Source: an uncultured Gemmatimonadaceae bacterium
Lineage (GTDB): Bacteria; Gemmatimonadota; Gemmatimonadetes; Gemmatimonadales; Gemmatimonadaceae
Assembly (NCBI GenBank): GCA_963761305.1
Contig: CAVXGK010000002.1
Coordinates: forward strand, 448,001 to 512,000
DNA: 64,000 nt
Direction of reading: 5' to 3'
The notes beneath the pieces are model-generated. The model saw nothing but the letters and a program-made list of their open reading frames with translations, was not told where the DNA came from and made no database searches. Both the position numbers and the translations under genes were made by a program. Positions 49,243-57,348 of the stretch are shown here, piece after piece. The stretch's first letter is position 1, and each line of letters opens with the position of its first letter.

Positions 49243-52200
49243 ATGTCCCAAGTCGCAAAGCTGAAGAAGCAAGCCGCGGAGTTCGAGGCCAAGAAACAGT
49301 TCGACAAGGCCGTCGGCGCCTACATCAAACTGCTCGAGGCGTTCGACACCTACGCCGACGAACTGGACATCGGATTGTTCAATCGCGTCGGCGACTTGCT
49401 GCTGCGCCAGGGCAACGTGGCCGACGCCGTCGACTACTACGAGCGAGGCATCGACAAGTATTCCGAGACGGGTTTCTTCAACAACGCCATCGCGCTCTGC
49501 AACAAGGTCCTTCGCCACTCGCCCGGCCGCGCGTCGATCTACTACAAGCTTGGCCGAATCAGCGCGAAAAAAGGATTCACGAACGAAGCGCGTACCAACT
49601 TCCTCGAGTACGCCGACCGCATGCAGAAGTCGGGGAAGGTCGACGAGGCGTTCCGCGCGCTCACCGAGTTCGCCGATCTCTGCCCCGATCAGGACGAGAT
49701 TCGTCTCACACTCGCCGAGCAACTCACGCGAGCCGGCCGCAAGACCGACGCGCTGGAGCAACTGCAGACGCTCCACGAACGGCTCGACGGCGAAGGACGC
49801 ACCGGCGACGCGCGTGCCGTCGTCGAACGTATGCGGGCGATCGATCCGAGAGTCGAGCCGCGTAAGAGCCAGTCGGGCCGCAAGAGTACGTCGTCGGAGC
49901 TCATCTTCATCGACCTCGACGAGCCGACGTTCAGCCAATCGATCCCGGGCGGCGTGCCGATCGTACCGCCGCCGGCACCGGTTGGGTTGGTCGACACGAG
50001 GCTCGACACGGAGACGACAGCCGACATCACACCGGCGACGCCGGCGGAAGGCTTGGTCACGTTTTCCAACACGATGGAAATCGAGCAGGTGCCGGACGAG
50101 GAAGAGGCCGAGGATGCGGCCGAACCTCTGGAGCTCGACAGCGAACCACGGCCGAGCGCGATCGCCGAACCCTCGTTCGATGAGGCGGTGGAATCGTCGA
50201 TCGTGGCCGACGAGCAATCGCGCATCGAGGCGATCGAAGCGATCGAAACCATCGAGGCGATCGAAACGATTGAAACGATCGACGCGATCGAGATCGCGGA
50301 ACGCGTCGTGACGGTCGAGGCCTCGTCGACGCTGGTGGTCGACGAGCCGCCCACGGTGGTCGAGGAACAGTCGGCGAGCGAACCGGCAGACGATGCGAAT
50401 ATGGAGCAGGTCGGCGGCGAGCACGCGGGCTTCGACGAAGACTTCCTTCACGTGATCGACTTTGAGCGGCGCGCCGATTCGCTTCCGACCGATGAACTTC
50501 CGATGGACGTGGTCGACGAGCCGCCGGATGCGGTCGACGAAGCGTCGGCATTCGTCGACGAAACACCCGACGAGGCGGAGGAAGAAGTCCCCGCGCCCGT
50601 TTTTGAAGCGACCAACGTCGACGAACCGGAGCCGGAACCGGAACCGGCGCCCGCGGACGAGCCCGAGCCGGAACCGCTCGACGAGTCGATGGAGGAACTG
50701 CTCGGCGAGATCGTGAAAGCGCCGGCCGCCAAGGCGGAACCGCCAGTGACTGCCGGCGAGCCGTCGTTCCCGTCGCCGGTCCTGTCACCGGCGCTGTCGG
50801 TGCCCGCGGAACCCGAACCGTTCGAGGAGCTCACGTCGATCACCGACTCGTCGAGCGCGAGCGATTTGATCGACGAGTTTTCCTTCGGGTCGCAAGGCGC
50901 GGTTGACGCCGGCGATTCGATCGACGTCGCCATCGGCGCGTCGCCGGCGACCGATGCGCCCGTCGTCGAGGCTTCGAAGGAACCAAGTGAGCCCGCCGCG
51001 CCGGAGGATCCGGTGGAAGCCGAGGAGCTCGCTCCGCGAAGCGACCCGATTCCGGGCATCCTCCTCGCCGATGCGCTCGGAGGAAGCTCGCGCCCCGGCG
51101 AGCAATCGGAGGCGCCGCCGTCGCTGTTCGACGAGACGCTCGACGAACCGATCGGCTTGCCGACGCCGTCGCAAACGCGCCGCTCGACGGCTGTCGCGGC
51201 CGAATCCGTCGGGGCGCTCACCGCCAGCGTCGAGGCGTCGCCGGACGATTGGGTGCTGCACCGCGATCTGGGCGAAGCAATGCTCGACGCCGGCGACCGC
51301 GCCGGCGGCATTCGAGAACTCGAATTCGCGATGGCCGGCGCGGAGCGCGACGGCAAACTCGATCTCGCCTCGTCGATTGCCGAAGAGGTCGCGCGCATCG
51401 AGCCCGAGGCGGTCAAACATCAGCAGAAGCGCGTCGAGTACGCGTTCCGCACCAACGACCGTGCCCGGCTCATCGAGGCGTACCTCGGCTTGGCGAACGT
51501 GTTGATGCGCACCGAACATGGCGAGAAGTCGCGCACGATCTACCAGCGCGTCCTCGACCTGGCGCCCGACGAGCCGCGCGCACGTCTCGCGCTTGCTTCG
51601 CTGACGCCCGCCCGGCCACTGCCCGACCGGCGATTCACGCCGGTCACGCCGTCGGCCGCGCACCTCCCTCGTGCCGCCGATGCGCCGGTCGCGCGCCGCT
51701 CCTCCGGCGCTTCACGGCCGCCGTCCGGCTCGTACATCAACCTCGGCGACATGCTGCGGGGCGACGACATCCCGCGCGACACGCGCATGGTGGTGCCGGA
51801 GCAGGAGCCGACGGGCGACGAGCAGGCCGATTTCGCGGACATGCTGCGCAAGTTCAAGGCGGGGATCGCGCGCAACGTGGCGCCGGAGGACCACCAGAGC
51901 CACTATGACCTCGCGATTGCGTACAAGGAGATGGGGCTGGTCGACGAGGCCATCGCCGAGTTCCAGAGGGCCCTGGCCGGTCCCACCAACCGGCTGCCAA
52001 CGTACGAGGCGCTCGGCCAGTGTTTCCTCGAGAAGGAACAATTCAAGTTAGCCTCGTCTATTCTGACCCGCGCCCTGAGTGAGAACGCCAGCGAGGACCA
52101 ACTCGTAGGTATCTTGTATCTGCTCGGCCGCGCGGCGGAGTCGCAGGGGAAAGCGGACGAGGCGCTCGGTTACTATCAACGCGTATTCGTCGTGGACATT

Positions 52201-52254
52201 CAGTTCCGGGACATCGTCGATCGGATGAGCGAAATCGAACAGGCGCTCCGATGA
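49243..52254 (+). CDS. Large cytoplasmic TPR protein with an acidic disordered linker
   Basis: N-terminal TPRs, ~450-aa E/D/P-rich linker, C-terminal FKAGIARNV..HYDLAIAYKEMGL TPRs. Confidence 0.88.
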   Translation: MSQVAKLKKQAAEFEAKKQFDKAVGAYIKLLEAFDTYADELDIGLFNRVGDLLLRQGNVADAVDYYERGIDKYSETGFFNNAIALCNKVLRHSPGRASIYYKLGRISAKKGFTNEARTNFLEYADRMQKSGKVDEAFRALTEFADLCPDQDEIRLTLAEQLTRAGRKTDALEQLQTLHERLDGEGRTGDARAVVERMRAIDPRVEPRKSQSGRKSTSSELIFIDLDEPTFSQSIPGGVPIVPPPAPVGLVDTRLDTETTADITPATPAEGLVTFSNTMEIEQVPDEEEAEDAAEPLELDSEPRPSAIAEPSFDEAVESSIVADEQSRIEAIEAIETIEAIETIETIDAIEIAERVVTVEASSTLVVDEPPTVVEEQSASEPADDANMEQVGGEHAGFDEDFLHVIDFERRADSLPTDELPMDVVDEPPDAVDEASAFVDETPDEAEEEVPAPVFEATNVDEPEPEPEPAPADEPEPEPLDESMEELLGEIVKAPAAKAEPPVTAGEPSFPSPVLSPALSVPAEPEPFEELTSITDSSSASDLIDEFSFGSQGAVDAGDSIDVAIGASPATDAPVVEASKEPSEPAAPEDPVEAEELAPRSDPIPGILLADALGGSSRPGEQSEAPPSLFDETLDEPIGLPTPSQTRRSTAVAAESVGALTASVEASPDDWVLHRDLGEAMLDAGDRAGGIRELEFAMAGAERDGKLDLASSIAEEVARIEPEAVKHQQKRVEYAFRTNDRARLIEAYLGLANVLMRTEHGEKSRTIYQRVLDLAPDEPRARLALASLTPARPLPDRRFTPVTPSAAHLPRAADAPVARRSSGASRPPSGSYINLGDMLRGDDIPRDTRMVVPEQEPTGDEQADFADMLRKFKAGIARNVAPEDHQSHYDLAIAYKEMGLVDEAIAEFQRALAGPTNRLPTYEALGQCFLEKEQFKLASSILTRALSENASEDQLVGILYLLGRAAESQGKADEALGYYQRVFVVDIQFRDIVDRMSEIEQALR
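50224..50295 (+). repeat. In-frame 9-bp tandem repeat, 8 units (IEA/IET)
   Basis: ATCGAGGCG ATCGAAGCG ATCGAAACC and so on, encoding IEAIEAIETIEAIETIETIDAIEI. Confidence 0.85.
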
Positions 52255-53258
52255 GTGGAGTCGCCGCGCGCGTGCGCACGCCCCCCACCGAGGCGCTGCT
52301 CGACATTCAGGCGCCGGTCCGACAGCGGCTCGACGACGTCGTCGTCGAGATGCAGCGCATCGTCACCGACAACCTGCCGATCATCCGCGAGGTGAGCGGG
52401 CATCTGCTCCAGATGCGTGGCAAGATGTTTCGGCCGACGCTCGCACTGCTCGCCAGCGAGGCGGCGGGTACGCCCGACCCGCGCGCCACGTCGCTCGGCG
52501 CCGTCGTCGAGTTGATGCATCTCGCCACGTTGGTGCACGACGATTCGGTCGATCACTCGGTGCTGCGCCGCGGTCTGCCGACGGTGAATTCGATGTTCAG
52601 CCACCAGGTGTCGGTGATCATGGGCGACTTCCTGTACTCCCGCGCGCTCATCGCGCTCGTGGGGATGGGAGATCTCGAGATTCTCAGGATCGTGACCGAC
52701 GTGGCGAACGAGCTGACCATCGGCGAGATGCGGCAGCTCGCGGCCGTGGACGCATTGTCGTTCGGCGAAGAGGAGTATTACAGCCTGATCCGCTCCAAGA
52801 CCGCATCGCTGATTGCCGGTGCGTGCGAGAGCGGCGCGCTCTGCGGCGCGAGCGAGTTCCGCGCGCCGCTCGCGCAATTCGGCGACCGGCTCGGCATGGC
52901 CTTCCAGATCGCCGACGACATTCTCGACTACACGGAGGACGAGTCGGTGACCGGCAAGCCCGGCGGCCTCGACCTTCGCGAGCACAAGGTGACTCTCCCG
53001 CTCATCGCGGCGCTGCCGCGGCTGAACAGCGCCGAGCGCCTGCGCGTGGAGGCGCTGTTCGCGACCGAGTCGCCGGGCGACGCCCTGGTCGCGGACGCGA
53101 TTGCCATTGTCGAAAAGGCGGGAGGGATCGAATATGCGAGGCAGCAGGGCGAGCGGTTCGCCCGTGAAGCAGAGGCTGCCCTCCGCGTCCTACCGGAGGG
53201 TTCCGTCCGGTCGGCTCTGACCGACTCGATCGCGTACGTCATGGAACGGCGGTCCTAG
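52251..53258 (+). CDS. Long-chain polyprenyl diphosphate synthase (IspB-like)
   Basis: GKMFRP, HDDSVD..RRG, FQIADDILD, GKPGGLDL. Confidence 0.93.
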   Translation: MSGVAARVRTPPTEALLDIQAPVRQRLDDVVVEMQRIVTDNLPIIREVSGHLLQMRGKMFRPTLALLASEAAGTPDPRATSLGAVVELMHLATLVHDDSVDHSVLRRGLPTVNSMFSHQVSVIMGDFLYSRALIALVGMGDLEILRIVTDVANELTIGEMRQLAAVDALSFGEEEYYSLIRSKTASLIAGACESGALCGASEFRAPLAQFGDRLGMAFQIADDILDYTEDESVTGKPGGLDLREHKVTLPLIAALPRLNSAERLRVEALFATESPGDALVADAIAIVEKAGGIEYARQQGERFAREAEAALRVLPEGSVRSALTDSIAYVMERRS

Positions 53259-53260
53259 CA

Positions 53261-53551
53261 ATGGCGACACGAAACCAGCGTGGATCATCCAAGCACCGGC
53301 CGGGGTTTCACGCTCTGGTACTGGCCCTCGGCTTCGTCGCGGGCGGCGCGATGCAGCAGGCCGCGCGCCTGCTGTTTCCGGCGGGCGCGGCGAAGGAATT
53401 CCTGACGGCCGGAGTCACGGCGTCGGTAGGCCCCCTCCCGGTCGACTTAGTGCTAATCAAATTTGCGTTGGGACCTGTCGCCATCGATGTTTCACTGTTG
53501 AGCCTCGTGGGCGTGTTGTTGGCCTACCTCATCGCGCGGTCGCTCTTCTAG
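53261..53551 (+). CDS. Small membrane protein, DUF4321-like
   Basis: Two TM helices around a PVDLVLIKFALG hairpin. Confidence 0.65.
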   Translation: MATRNQRGSSKHRPGFHALVLALGFVAGGAMQQAARLLFPAGAAKEFLTAGVTASVGPLPVDLVLIKFALGPVAIDVSLLSLVGVLLAYLIARSLF

Positions 53552-53559
53552 GAGACGGT

Positions 53560-53838
53560 ATGAATTTCGGGAACATTGGGTTCATGGAGCTGATGGTCAT
53601 CCTGGTCATCGTGCTCGTACTGTTCGGCGCGCGACGCGTGCCGGAAATCGGGGCGTCGATCGGAAAGGGCATTCGCGAGTTCAAGCGGAACATCAGCGAT
53701 GCCGATCAGCAGATTCGCGAGCCGATTCGCGACGCGTTGAACGAGTCGCGCGTCGGCGACCGGTTGCCGGCCGCCGACGCCCAGTCACGCCAGGGCGACA
53801 CGGAAGCTGCGCGGCCCGAGCCGAAGCGACTGATGTAG
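53560..53838 (+). CDS. tatA: Twin-arginine translocase TatA
   Basis: ELMVILVIVLVLFGARRVPEIGASIGKGIREFK. Confidence 0.93.
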   Translation: MNFGNIGFMELMVILVIVLVLFGARRVPEIGASIGKGIREFKRNISDADQQIREPIRDALNESRVGDRLPAADAQSRQGDTEAARPEPKRLM

Positions 53839-53909
53839 GCGTTGGCGCCCGGTCAGGTCGAAGGGCGGAACATCTCAAGTCGCGGCGTTCCGCGCCGAGA
53901 CTCAACAGC

Positions 53910-54392
53910 ATGAGCACACGAAGGCAAGCGCCGGGGCGACGTGAGTCGTCCTGGCGCGTCTTGCGATGGCTGCGGACCTGCTCGGCGATCGCGTGCGGCG
54001 CCGCCGTCGCGTGCCTAGGGCCCACGGACCCGGGGAAGATGGGCGTTCCCGTCGTCGGCAGCTGGAGCTACGTCGCCGCGCAGGGATCGCCGTCGGCCGC
54101 GCAGCTCAACGGCTCGCTGGCCTTCAGCGGTCAAACGGGCGCGCAGATCAGCGGTACGATCGACGCCATCGAGGTGGGAGCCGGCGGACAGCAGCGACGA
54201 TTGACCGGTCCGATCGCGGGGCGCACGGTTGACTCGACCACGCTCGATTTTGACTTGCTGCTCGGCGACGTGTCGCGCCGGCACGTGGGTCAGGTACGCG
54301 GCGATTCGCTCACCGGTACGTGGGTAGAGACGCCGGTCGACGGTGGGCTGCCGTCGGCGAGCGGAACGTTTCGCTCACTTCGTACGCGCTGA
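53910..54392 (+). CDS. Putative lipoprotein, small beta-rich domain
   Basis: AVAC lipobox-like motif, GSW..LTGTW..SGTF beta pattern; start uncertain. Confidence 0.6.
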   Translation: MSTRRQAPGRRESSWRVLRWLRTCSAIACGAAVACLGPTDPGKMGVPVVGSWSYVAAQGSPSAAQLNGSLAFSGQTGAQISGTIDAIEVGAGGQQRRLTGPIAGRTVDSTTLDFDLLLGDVSRRHVGQVRGDSLTGTWVETPVDGGLPSASGTFRSLRTR

Positions 54393-54459
54393 GCCGAGCT
54401 CGCGCGTTGTGCGTGCCGCGGGCACCCTGAGCCGGGCGCGGCCTCCTCGCCGCGACTGG

Positions 54460-55004
54460 TCAGGGTGCCGCGATCACGCGAAACGACAGGGCCGCCGCCA
54501 GTTGCGCGGGGGTGGGCACGGAGCCGCCTTCGCCCGTCGTGTTATTGACGTTGAACATCAACGCGATGTCTTGCGCGGGCGTCGCGGTGGAACCGCTCGC
54601 CACCATCAAGTAGGTGCCAGGGGTGAGTTGGTGAGTCGTGAGTGGGGAGCGAGACTCGACCCAACCGATGGTGAGTCCCGACGACGCCGGGGTGACCGTG
54701 ACCTGCAGTTCCCATTTGCTGTTCGCCCGCACCGTCACCGGGACGTCGAAACAGACGCCAGGCTCGCAGCCCGACGGCGAGTCCTGAACCACCGCCCCGG
54801 GCGTCGCGCCGAAGACGCCCGGCATGGAAAAGCTCGCAACGCTGCGGACGACGGTGGCCGATGGGCCGGTGCCACGCCCCTGTGCAGGCGCGAGACCCGC
54901 GCCGATCGCCAGCGCGCCGGCCGCCAGGCCTAGACTCGCTGAGCGACGCACAGGGAAACGATTGCCAACGCGGCGAGAATCGCGGTAAGTCGGTCGATTT
55001 TCAT
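54460..55004 (-). CDS. Small secreted beta-sandwich protein; start ambiguous (GTG 54951, or ATG 55004 with a frameshift)
   Basis: Hydrophobic signal-like segment, one Cys pair, VTVRANSKWELQV, C-terminal LSFRVIAAP strand. Confidence 0.6.
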
Positions 55005-55016
55005 GCGGGGAGCAGA

Positions 55017-55032
55017 GGCAACCGCCGCGCCA
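55017..55032 (-). promoter_or_regulatory. Sigma54 (-24/-12) promoter
   Basis: Minus strand TGGCGCG-GCGG-TTGCC with exact GG-N10-GC spacing; predicted +1 near 55006. Confidence 0.65.
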
Positions 55033-55096
55033 CGTGCGCCAAACTGCCCGCCAATAGCGCGTATCTCGTTGCCGCGCTTCACCGAACCGCGCCTCA

Positions 55097-55129
55097 TGTG
55101 AGATCTCACAGCTGCAACGTCACTTTGCA
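55097..55129. promoter_or_regulatory. Candidate upstream activator palindromes
   Basis: Perfect TGTGAGATCTCACA (55097-55110) and TGCAA-N7-TTGCA (55113-55129). Confidence 0.5.
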
Positions 55130-55236
55130 TTTCAGGGCTGGAAGGGCTCGACCCGTTGATGTTGCGCGGCGACGACGCTGACGCCGGCATCCAACACGTC
55201 GGCGCCGCCGGCGCGCGCAATAGCACATTGTGTTCC

Positions 55237-55278
55237 AAAAAAAATGGGACCACGATCACAGATCGCGGTCCCACTTTT
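55237..55278 (-). terminator. Intrinsic terminator of the ppiD/surA-like gene
   Basis: Minus strand TGGGACCGCGATC-TGT-GATCGTGGTCCCA followed by T8. Confidence 0.88.
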
Positions 55279-55320
55279 CAGCGCGGCAAGATGCCGCGAT
55301 TCGTCCGTATTACCCCCGTG

Positions 55321-57150
55321 CTACGCCTGCTGACGACGGACCGCGACGTTGATCTCCTGCCGGTGATCCACGATTTTCGCGGCCTTACGCAGGTCCGACA
55401 TGAACATCTGAATCTTCTGTTGCCGGAGCTGATTCAGGCGAAGCTCCCTTTGCGGCGCCTTCTGTTTGTCAAACGCGGCGCTGTCGGCGACGACACGCTT
55501 GTCGACGCGCAGCACGTACGCCGCCTCGCTCGTTTTCACCGGTTGGCTGACCGCGCCGACCGGCAGCGCGAACGCGGCGCCGACCGCCTCGGTGAACTGG
55601 CCCAGTCCCGGCACGAGTGAGCCGCGCGAGAACATCGTCGTTTGATCCACCTTCTTGCCGGCCTGCTTGGCCGCCGCTTCGAGCGACGACCCCGCCGCCG
55701 CGGCGGCGAGCTTCTGCGCGTCGGGCATCATCTTGTCGACAGCGCGTTCCGTCGCCAAGCGCGTGCGGATGGTCTCCTTCACCGCATCAAATCCGGCATC
55801 ACCACCCAGGTGCAACGTGTCGAGGCGCGCGAGATAGTAGCCATGCTCGTCGTCGAAGAGCTCGCTCGTCTCGCCGGTGTGCGCGCCGCCGAACGCCCAG
55901 GCGCTCGCGCTCGGAATCGCCAGGCCGTTCCAAACCGCCGGCTGATCCTGGAACGCGCGAATGTGAACGACCGAAAGTCCGAGGTGCTTCGCGGCGGCGT
56001 CGAGCTTCGAGCCGTCTTCGTTCGCTGCCGCCAGCCGCGACAGCGTGTCGGCCATGCGATCGATTCGCGCGCCGGCCGAGTCGCTCGGCTGTATCGCGAC
56101 GAGAATGTGGTGCAGCGAGAGCGTGTCGCCCTTTCGGCTGTCGAGCCGGATGATGTGGTATCCGAACGGCGAGAGCACGGGCCCCGAGATCTCGCCCGGC
56201 TTGAGCGCGTCCGCGGCTTTCGAGAACTCTGGCACGTACGCCGATTTCGGAGCCGCGCCGAGGTCGCCGCCCTTGGCGCCGGAAAGGGTGTCGATGGACT
56301 CGCGCTTGGCGACGTCCTCGAACTTGGCGCCCTTCGCGATCTCGTCGCGTATCGCCTGCGCGTGCGCCTTCGCCGCGGCGCTGTCCGCCGGGGTCACGCT
56401 TCGCGGAATCACGACCAACGAGAGCGCGGCTTGGCCACCACCCTGGAAATCGTCCTTGTGCTGGTCGTAGAAAGCGCGCACGTCGGCGTCGGAAACGGAG
56501 CGCATCGTCGCGGCGTCGATGGTGGGCGCGAATGTGACGTAGCTCACCTGCGCGCTGTCGTGCTGATCGCGCCACGCACGCCAGAGCTCCGCGTCGGACA
56601 CGTAGATGCCTGAGGAAACCTGCTCGAGCAGCTTGTCCTTCGGGATTTCGGACCGGTAGTAGTTCTCGAGCTGAATGAGCAGACCGCTCGTCCGCGCTTC
56701 TGACGTGGCAAGAAAACGCTGGTACTTGTCCGGGTCGAACTTGCCGTCGGTCTGCAGCTCGGGCGCGGTGGTGATCCACGGCGGCGGCGCGTAGCGGGCG
56801 AATTCGCGAATCTCGTCGTCGGTCACGACGATGCCGCGTTTGCGATACTGCTCGTCGAGCAGTTCTTCGCTCACCATCTGATCGTAGACGTTGTTCTCGA
56901 TCCGCCGCGTGTCGTCCTGATTCAACGTCTTCCCGGCGCGACTCTGCTCCTGTTGGACCTCGTTCTGAACGCGGATCTGAAAATCGCGATAGGGAAGCTC
57001 GTGGCCGTTGACCACCGCGACGGCCGTCGTCGCCGTGACCGGCGTGCGGCCCATCAGGCCCGATGTTTGGTAGAGCAGGAAGCCGCCGACGAAGAACAGG
57101 GCCACGACGACCCAGATGTACTTCGCCAGGCTCCGCATTTGTGTTAGCAC
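55321..57150 (-). CDS. PpiD/SurA-type periplasmic peptidylprolyl isomerase chaperone
   Basis: N-terminal TM, SurA_N-like region (VAVVNGHEL), parvulin motifs FEDVAKRES..GGDLG..FGYHII. Confidence 0.9.
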   Translation of the reverse strand: MLTQMRSLAKYIWVVVALFFVGGFLLYQTSGLMGRTPVTATTAVAVVNGHELPYRDFQIRVQNEVQQEQSRAGKTLNQDDTRRIENNVYDQMVSEELLDEQYRKRGIVVTDDEIREFARYAPPPWITTAPELQTDGKFDPDKYQRFLATSEARTSGLLIQLENYYRSEIPKDKLLEQVSSGIYVSDAELWRAWRDQHDSAQVSYVTFAPTIDAATMRSVSDADVRAFYDQHKDDFQGGGQAALSLVVIPRSVTPADSAAAKAHAQAIRDEIAKGAKFEDVAKRESIDTLSGAKGGDLGAAPKSAYVPEFSKAADALKPGEISGPVLSPFGYHIIRLDSRKGDTLSLHHILVAIQPSDSAGARIDRMADTLSRLAAANEDGSKLDAAAKHLGLSVVHIRAFQDQPAVWNGLAIPSASAWAFGGAHTGETSELFDDEHGYYLARLDTLHLGGDAGFDAVKETIRTRLATERAVDKMMPDAQKLAAAAAGSSLEAAAKQAGKKVDQTTMFSRGSLVPGLGQFTEAVGAAFALPVGAVSQPVKTSEAAYVLRVDKRVVADSAAFDKQKAPQRELRLNQLRQQKIQMFMSDLRKAAKIVDHRQEINVAVRRQQA

Positions 57151-57257
57151 AGGAGCAACTCCGGAACGCGAAAAAGGGGAACGAAACCACGGGTGGGACA
57201 AGCCTGAGAACTTATGGCCCGACGCGGGCTAAAATCAAGTGAGTATGTGACTTCTGA

Positions 57258-57287
57258 TTGACTCCCAGCGTCCGGCTTATGTATAAT
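57258..57287 (+). promoter_or_regulatory. Sigma70-type promoter upstream of the TPR-aroQ-pepP-accB-pilT-accC genes
   Basis: TTGACT-N18-TATAAT in an AT-richer divergent intergenic region. Confidence 0.7.
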
Positions 57288-57348
57288 GCGGTTCCCACCC
57301 ATACCGGGCTTCGGCCCTCAGCCGCGCGCCTAAAAAGCGAACGCAGTC

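Noticed and set aside
54944..54995. c-di-GMP-I riboswitch-like start (ACGCACAGGGAAAC)
   Set aside because: The GAAA-loop hairpin and GCAAAGCC core are absent, and it lies antisense within a coding region.
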